Shown here in pieces: positions 59,583-64,000 of a stretch of 64,000 bases of DNA. The DNA comes from an uncultured bacterium. GTDB lineage: Bacteria; Chloroflexota; UBA5177; JANWHV01. The stretch spans positions 1,440,001 through 1,504,000 of the forward strand of contig CAWHAE010000012.1 in the NCBI GenBank assembly GCA_963827235.1. The letters are read 5' to 3'. The notes below the pieces were generated by a model. The model had not been told where the DNA came from, made no database searches, and saw nothing but the letters and a program-made list of their open reading frames with translations. The stretch's first letter is position 1; every line of letters starts with the position of its first letter. Made by a program: the position numbers and the translations under genes.

Positions 59583-60908
59583 GTGACCAGAATCACCTTC
59601 ATCGGAGCGGGTAGCTTCGGCTTCACCCGTGGGCTCGTTCGTGATCTCCTGACCTTCCCGCTGCTGCGGGACGCGACCCTGGTCCTGATGGACGTCGACA
59701 AGGAGCGGCTGGAGTTCGCCGACCGATCCGTGCGGCGCATTGTCGAGCTGGGCCAATACCCCGCCCGGGTGGAGACCACGATGGACCGCGCCGAGGCGCT
59801 CAAGGGCAGCGACGTGGTGATCTGCACCATCCTGGCCGGCGGGATCGACGTCTGGCGCTACGACATCGAGATCCCGAAGAAGCACGGCGTGGACACGAAC
59901 GTGGGGGACACGCGCGGCCCCTCGGGCATATTCCGTGCCCTGCGCACCATCCCGGTAATGCTGGAGATCGTCCGGGACATGGAGCGCTACTGTCCGGGTG
60001 CGGTGCTGCTCAACTACACCAACCCGATGGCCATGCTCTGCCGCGCCCTCCAGCGATCGTCGTCGATCACCACCACCGGCCTGTGCCACAGCGTGCAGGG
60101 CACGGCGGAGATGCTGGCGGGCTGGATCGGCGCCCCGATGGACCAGATCACCTACACCTGCGCCGGCATCAACCACCAGGCTTTCTACCTGCGCTACGCC
60201 TGGAACGGCAAGGATGCCTATCCGCTGATCCGCGAGGCGATGAACCGGCCGGAGGTCTACAACGAAGAGATCGTGCGCAACGAGATGTTCCTGCACCTGG
60301 ATTACTACCCGACCGAATCCAGCGGGCACAACTCGGAGTACAACTGGTGGTTCCGCAAGCGGCCCGACCTGATCGAGCGCTACTGCCTGCACGGCACGGG
60401 CTGGAACCCCGGCGCCTATGCCTACATCCTGGACGAGTACCGCAAGCGGGAGACCACCTGGCGCGACGAGGCGCGAGAATGGTACGCGAATGACAAGCCG
60501 ATCTCGCTGGAGCGGGGGCATGAATACGCCGCCTACATCATCAACGCCTTGCAGGGCGGCGAGATCTTCGGCTTCAACGGCAACGTGCGCAACACGTCGC
60601 TGATCACGAACCTGCCGCCGGACGTCTGCGTCGAGGTACCGGTCTACGTCGACCGCAACGGCTTCCGGCCGGTCCACGTGGGCGCCCTGCCGCCGCAGCT
60701 CGTGGCCCTCAACCACGTGAGCGTGATGGTGGAGGAGATGGCCGTGGAGGCGGCGCTGACCGGCAACCCGAGACTGGTCTTCCAGGCCATCGCCTACGAT
60801 CCGCTGACCGCCGCCGTGTTGAGCCTGGCGGAGATTCGCACCATGGTCAACGAGATGCTGCAGCAGAACCGCGACTACTTGCCGCAGTTCAAGCGCCTGA
60901 GCGCCTGA
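59583..60908 (+). CDS. melA: GH4 NAD+-dependent alpha-galactosidase
   Basis: [64 protein letters not shown]; GAGGA RBS. Confidence 0.93.
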   Translation: MTRITFIGAGSFGFTRGLVRDLLTFPLLRDATLVLMDVDKERLEFADRSVRRIVELGQYPARVETTMDRAEALKGSDVVICTILAGGIDVWRYDIEIPKKHGVDTNVGDTRGPSGIFRALRTIPVMLEIVRDMERYCPGAVLLNYTNPMAMLCRALQRSSSITTTGLCHSVQGTAEMLAGWIGAPMDQITYTCAGINHQAFYLRYAWNGKDAYPLIREAMNRPEVYNEEIVRNEMFLHLDYYPTESSGHNSEYNWWFRKRPDLIERYCLHGTGWNPGAYAYILDEYRKRETTWRDEAREWYANDKPISLERGHEYAAYIINALQGGEIFGFNGNVRNTSLITNLPPDVCVEVPVYVDRNGFRPVHVGALPPQLVALNHVSVMVEEMAVEAALTGNPRLVFQAIAYDPLTAAVLSLAEIRTMVNEMLQQNRDYLPQFKRLSA

Positions 60909-61430
60909 GCGCGACGGTACGCAAGAGCGAACAAGCCGGACCCAGCTGTTGCCGGGTCCGGCTTGCCGCGTGCCGTGATTGCCGGCGGCTGCCGGTGGGG
61001 GTATGCAGGCCGGGCGCGATCCGGTAGTAAGGCGATCTCCGTGACCAAGATGCTCATGGCGACGTAGCTCGGTTGTCTCGCGGGAGCGGCCGGCGGAGGA
61101 GCCAGTCTATTCTTCCGCGACCAGTTCCTGCCGAACAACGTCATCGAGATCGCCTACCGGACGGATCAACTGCTGCACGAGAACTAACGTCAAGCCACGG
61201 CCAAACCGGCAGGCGTTGCTCGAGCGCACCGGTCGACTCACGGGGGCGGGCAAGATGTGTCTGTTGAAAATCGACCTTGGGCCTACGGCATGCTGTGCAG
61301 CAGCCACAGCAGAAGGTCTACATCTTGTGGTCGAAGTACGAATATCAACAGACACAAGATGCCCGCGGTCCAGGGCGACGGGCCACATCCGCACACCCTG
61401 GCGCGGCTTGGGTATAGAGGTGGGCGTGGG

Positions 61431-62363
61431 CTACGACATGCCCTCTCGGTAGGTGATGCGCGGATCGAGCAGCGGGTAGATCAGGTCGACGATCAGGTTG
61501 CAGGTGGAGACGAGCAAGGCGGAGATGAGCACGGTGCCGAGCACCACGGGGAAGTCCAGGTTCTGCACCGCGGTCCAGGCCCAGTTGCCGATCCCGGGCC
61601 AGCCGAACACGACTTCCACCAGCAGCACGCCGCTGAGCAGCGATCCCATGTCCAGGCCAATCTGGGTCACCACCGGCAGCAGGGCGTTGGAGAGGGCATG
61701 CCGCAGGACGACGCGCCGGGCCGACAAACCCTTGGCCCGTGCCGTGCGCACGTAGTCCGAGTGCATCTGCTCCAGCATGCCGGCGCGCAGGATGCGGGCG
61801 TACCAGGCGCCTCCCGCCAGGCCGATGGTGAGCGCGGGGAGCACGATGTGGTCGAGGCCGCCGTAGCCGCCGAGCGGGGCGAGGTGCCAGCGAAAGGATA
61901 CCCAGTAGAGCAGCATCAGGCCGAGCCAGAAGGAGGGGGCCGTGACGCCCAGCAGGGCAAAAAGGGTGAGTATGCGATCCAGCCAGGTGTAGGGGCGCAC
62001 GGCGGAGATGATGCCGACCGGAATGCCGATCAGCAGCTCGCAGATCAGGCCCGCGCAGGCCAGCGCCGCGGTGGCCGGCAGGCGCTGCTCGATCGAATCG
62101 AGCACCGGCACCTGGTACTTGAACGACGTGCCGAGGTCGCCGTGCAAGAGGTGCCAGAACCAGAGCCCGTAGCGATCGTAGAGCGGCTGATCCAGTCCCA
62201 GGTGACGGCGCAATTCCATGATCGCCTGCATGGAGGCGTTTGGACCGGCCACCACGCGTGCCGGGTCGCCGGGCACGAGGTAGAGCATCACGAAGGTGAC
62301 CGTGGTGACGCCCCACAGCACCAATACCATGCCGATGATCCGTCGCGTGGCGTAGGCGAGCAT
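61431..62363 (-). CDS. Peptide/oligosaccharide ABC transporter permease (DppB/OppB-like)
   Basis: PGDPA, LGLDQP, GDLG.S, DYVRTARAKGL, RHAL.NALLP, E.VFGWPGIG, LDPRI. Confidence 0.93.
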   Translation of the reverse strand: MLAYATRRIIGMVLVLWGVTTVTFVMLYLVPGDPARVVAGPNASMQAIMELRRHLGLDQPLYDRYGLWFWHLLHGDLGTSFKYQVPVLDSIEQRLPATAALACAGLICELLIGIPVGIISAVRPYTWLDRILTLFALLGVTAPSFWLGLMLLYWVSFRWHLAPLGGYGGLDHIVLPALTIGLAGGAWYARILRAGMLEQMHSDYVRTARAKGLSARRVVLRHALSNALLPVVTQIGLDMGSLLSGVLLVEVVFGWPGIGNWAWTAVQNLDFPVVLGTVLISALLVSTCNLIVDLIYPLLDPRITYREGMS

Positions 62364-63304
62364 CAGCGCAACCTCCCCTGGGGATCGAGCGCGTCGCGCA
62401 GGCCGTCGCCGAGCAGATTGAAGCCGAGCACGGTGAGCATCAAGGCCACGCCGGGATAGAGGAACAGCCAGGGAGCGGATTGGAAGTAGGCCTGCCCGCC
62501 GCTGAGCATGCTGCCCCAGTCTGCCGTGGGGGCCTGCACGCCGAGACCAAGGTAGCTCAGGCCCGCTTCCAGGAGCACCGTGCCGGCGATGTTGAGCGTC
62601 AGGTAGACGATCACGATGCCCGTAAGCTGCGGCCCCACGTGGCGCACGACGATGCCGACTTCGGAGACGCCGAGGGCGCGCGCCGCTTCCACGAAGTCGC
62701 GCTGCTTGACCGCCAACACCTGGCTGCGGATGATGCGCGCCATGGAGCTCCACACGGTGACGGCGATCACCACCACGATGGCCTGGAAGCTCGGCCCGAT
62801 CGCCGTGACCAGGGCCATGGCGAAGAGGAGGCCGGGAAAGGCGAGCATGACGTCGGTGAGCCGCATCAGGAGCGTGCCGACAAAGCCGCCCCAGTAGCCG
62901 GCCAGGAGGCCGACCAGGAGGCCGATGGCCATGGCCAGCCCGTTGGCCAGCATGCCGACGCTCAGCGAGATCCGGGCGCCGTAGATGATGCGGCTGAGCA
63001 TGTCGCGCCCAAGCGTGTCGGTTCCCAGGAGGAACTGCGCGCTGTGGCCGACCGGGTTGCCGTTGTCGTCGAGCCCGGCGTCGAACTGGAAGTTGGGATC
63101 GTGCGGAGCGACCAGCGGCCCCAGGATGGCGATCGCGATCAGCAGGAGGACCATGGCCAGACCCACCAGCGCCATGGGATTACGCGACAGTGTGGCCACT
63201 GCGCGCCGTCGCCCACTGAGCGACGGCGCGAGGGCCTCCTGCTGATCCGCGATGCTTTCGCCGGTCACGCCGGCCGGCAGATTCGGAGCCAGGCGTCTTG
63301 GCAT
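62363..63304 (-). CDS. ABC transporter permease (DppC/OppC-like)
   Basis: LGTD.LGRD.LSRIIYGARISL, FVEAARALG, EAGLSYLGLG, GFNLLGDGLRDALDP. Confidence 0.93.
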   Translation of the reverse strand: MPRRLAPNLPAGVTGESIADQQEALAPSLSGRRRAVATLSRNPMALVGLAMVLLLIAIAILGPLVAPHDPNFQFDAGLDDNGNPVGHSAQFLLGTDTLGRDMLSRIIYGARISLSVGMLANGLAMAIGLLVGLLAGYWGGFVGTLLMRLTDVMLAFPGLLFAMALVTAIGPSFQAIVVVIAVTVWSSMARIIRSQVLAVKQRDFVEAARALGVSEVGIVVRHVGPQLTGIVIVYLTLNIAGTVLLEAGLSYLGLGVQAPTADWGSMLSGGQAYFQSAPWLFLYPGVALMLTVLGFNLLGDGLRDALDPQGRLR

Positions 63305-63322
63305 CGGCGCGCGCCGTCTCCG

Positions 63323-64000
63323 TCAGGCTGCGAGGTGGTAGTGCGCGTAGTCCCCGTAACCCCAGATCGGGTGCAGGTAGTAGTTGCTCAGCCGCGGGGG
63401 CTTGATCGTCACGTAGTACGCCTGGAAGAGCGGGAACATGGCCACGTCGTCCAGCAGCCTGTTCTGCACCTCGCGCTCCAGGGCGATACGCTTGGCGGAA
63501 TCGAGGGTCCCGACGGCCTGTTGCTCCAGCGAGTCGACGCGCGGATCGCAGAAGAACAGATTGTTGATCCCATGCGGCTCAAACTGGCCGCAGGTGAACT
63601 GCTCGGAGATGAAGTCGGTGGCGTCGGGGAAGTCCACGCCCCACCACTGCGTGAACATGGGGATGACGTTCGGCTTGTAGGTGAGCGCCGACGCGGCGGA
63701 GAAGGCGGCGCTCCGTATCTTGACGGTTACGCCGATCTGGGCCAGATCCTGCTGGATGGCCTGGCCGACCACCGCGTCGGCCGTATCCGGCCAGTTGCCG
63801 GTCAGATAGGTGGTGGTGAACCCGTTGGGATAGCCGGCCTGAGCCAGCAGGGCCTTGGCGGCGGTGGGATTGTAGGCGATGCCGGTGTAATTCGGCTCCC
63901 ACGCCCCGATGCCCTGGGGGTAACGCTGGGTCGACGCGAACACGCGGTACTTGCCGATCAGCTTGACCAGGCGGTTGCGGTTGACCGCCATGGCGACCGC
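63323..64000 (-). CDS. ABC transporter substrate-binding protein (family 5), C-terminal part; truncated by the window end
   Basis: A.A.A.NR..L, YNP.AAK.LLA.AGYPNGF, IQQDL..IG, W..DFPD, D..KR. Confidence 0.88.
   Translation of the reverse strand, partial: AVAMAVNRNRLVKLIGKYRVFASTQRYPQGIGAWEPNYTGIAYNPTAAKALLAQAGYPNGFTTTYLTGNWPDTADAVVGQAIQQDLAQIGVTVKIRSAAFSAASALTYKPNVIPMFTQWWGVDFPDATDFISEQFTCGQFEPHGINNLFFCDPRVDSLEQQAVGTLDSAKRIALEREVQNRLLDDVAMFPLFQAYYVTIKPPRLSNYYLHPIWGYGDYAHYHLAA

Overview
High-GC bacterial chromosomal window; Chloroflexota-like gene style is inferred, not established. No rRNA, tRNA or CRISPR array was seen. (1) 0.8-35.8 kb is an accessory region with three XRE-HTH/STAND-ATPase/TPR regulators, each divergent from genes for secreted proteins (ScyD/ScyE-like, FN3-like, PQQ-like, PLL-lectin-like, NHL and BNR propellers). 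The regulator loci share duplicated promoter/leader DNA. (2) Embedded in it is a ~15 kb block (hybrid PKS-NRPS KS-AT-DH-cMT-ER-KR-ACP-C-A-PCP with no release domain, P450, Sfp-type PPTase) bracketed by a ~166 bp direct repeat. (3) 35.8-53 kb holds mixed genes: SDR reductase, YoaK, an orphan MCP, a cobalamin riboswitch with cobO, MFS-MarR-MBL, an IS630-like scar, small Zn-finger/DUF genes and two families of REP-like hairpin repeats. (4) 53-56 kb is an NrtR-regulated PGDYG-SPFH-NAD-kinase-like operon with two clear operators. (5) 56-64 kb has a corrinoid protein plus a URO-D-family methyltransferase divergent from melR/melA-like genes, followed by a Dpp/Opp ABC transporter cut by the window end. 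Seven genes carry apparent single-base frameshifts, several in short homopolymers, which may be sequencing errors. All calls come from reading motifs by eye; no database searches were run.
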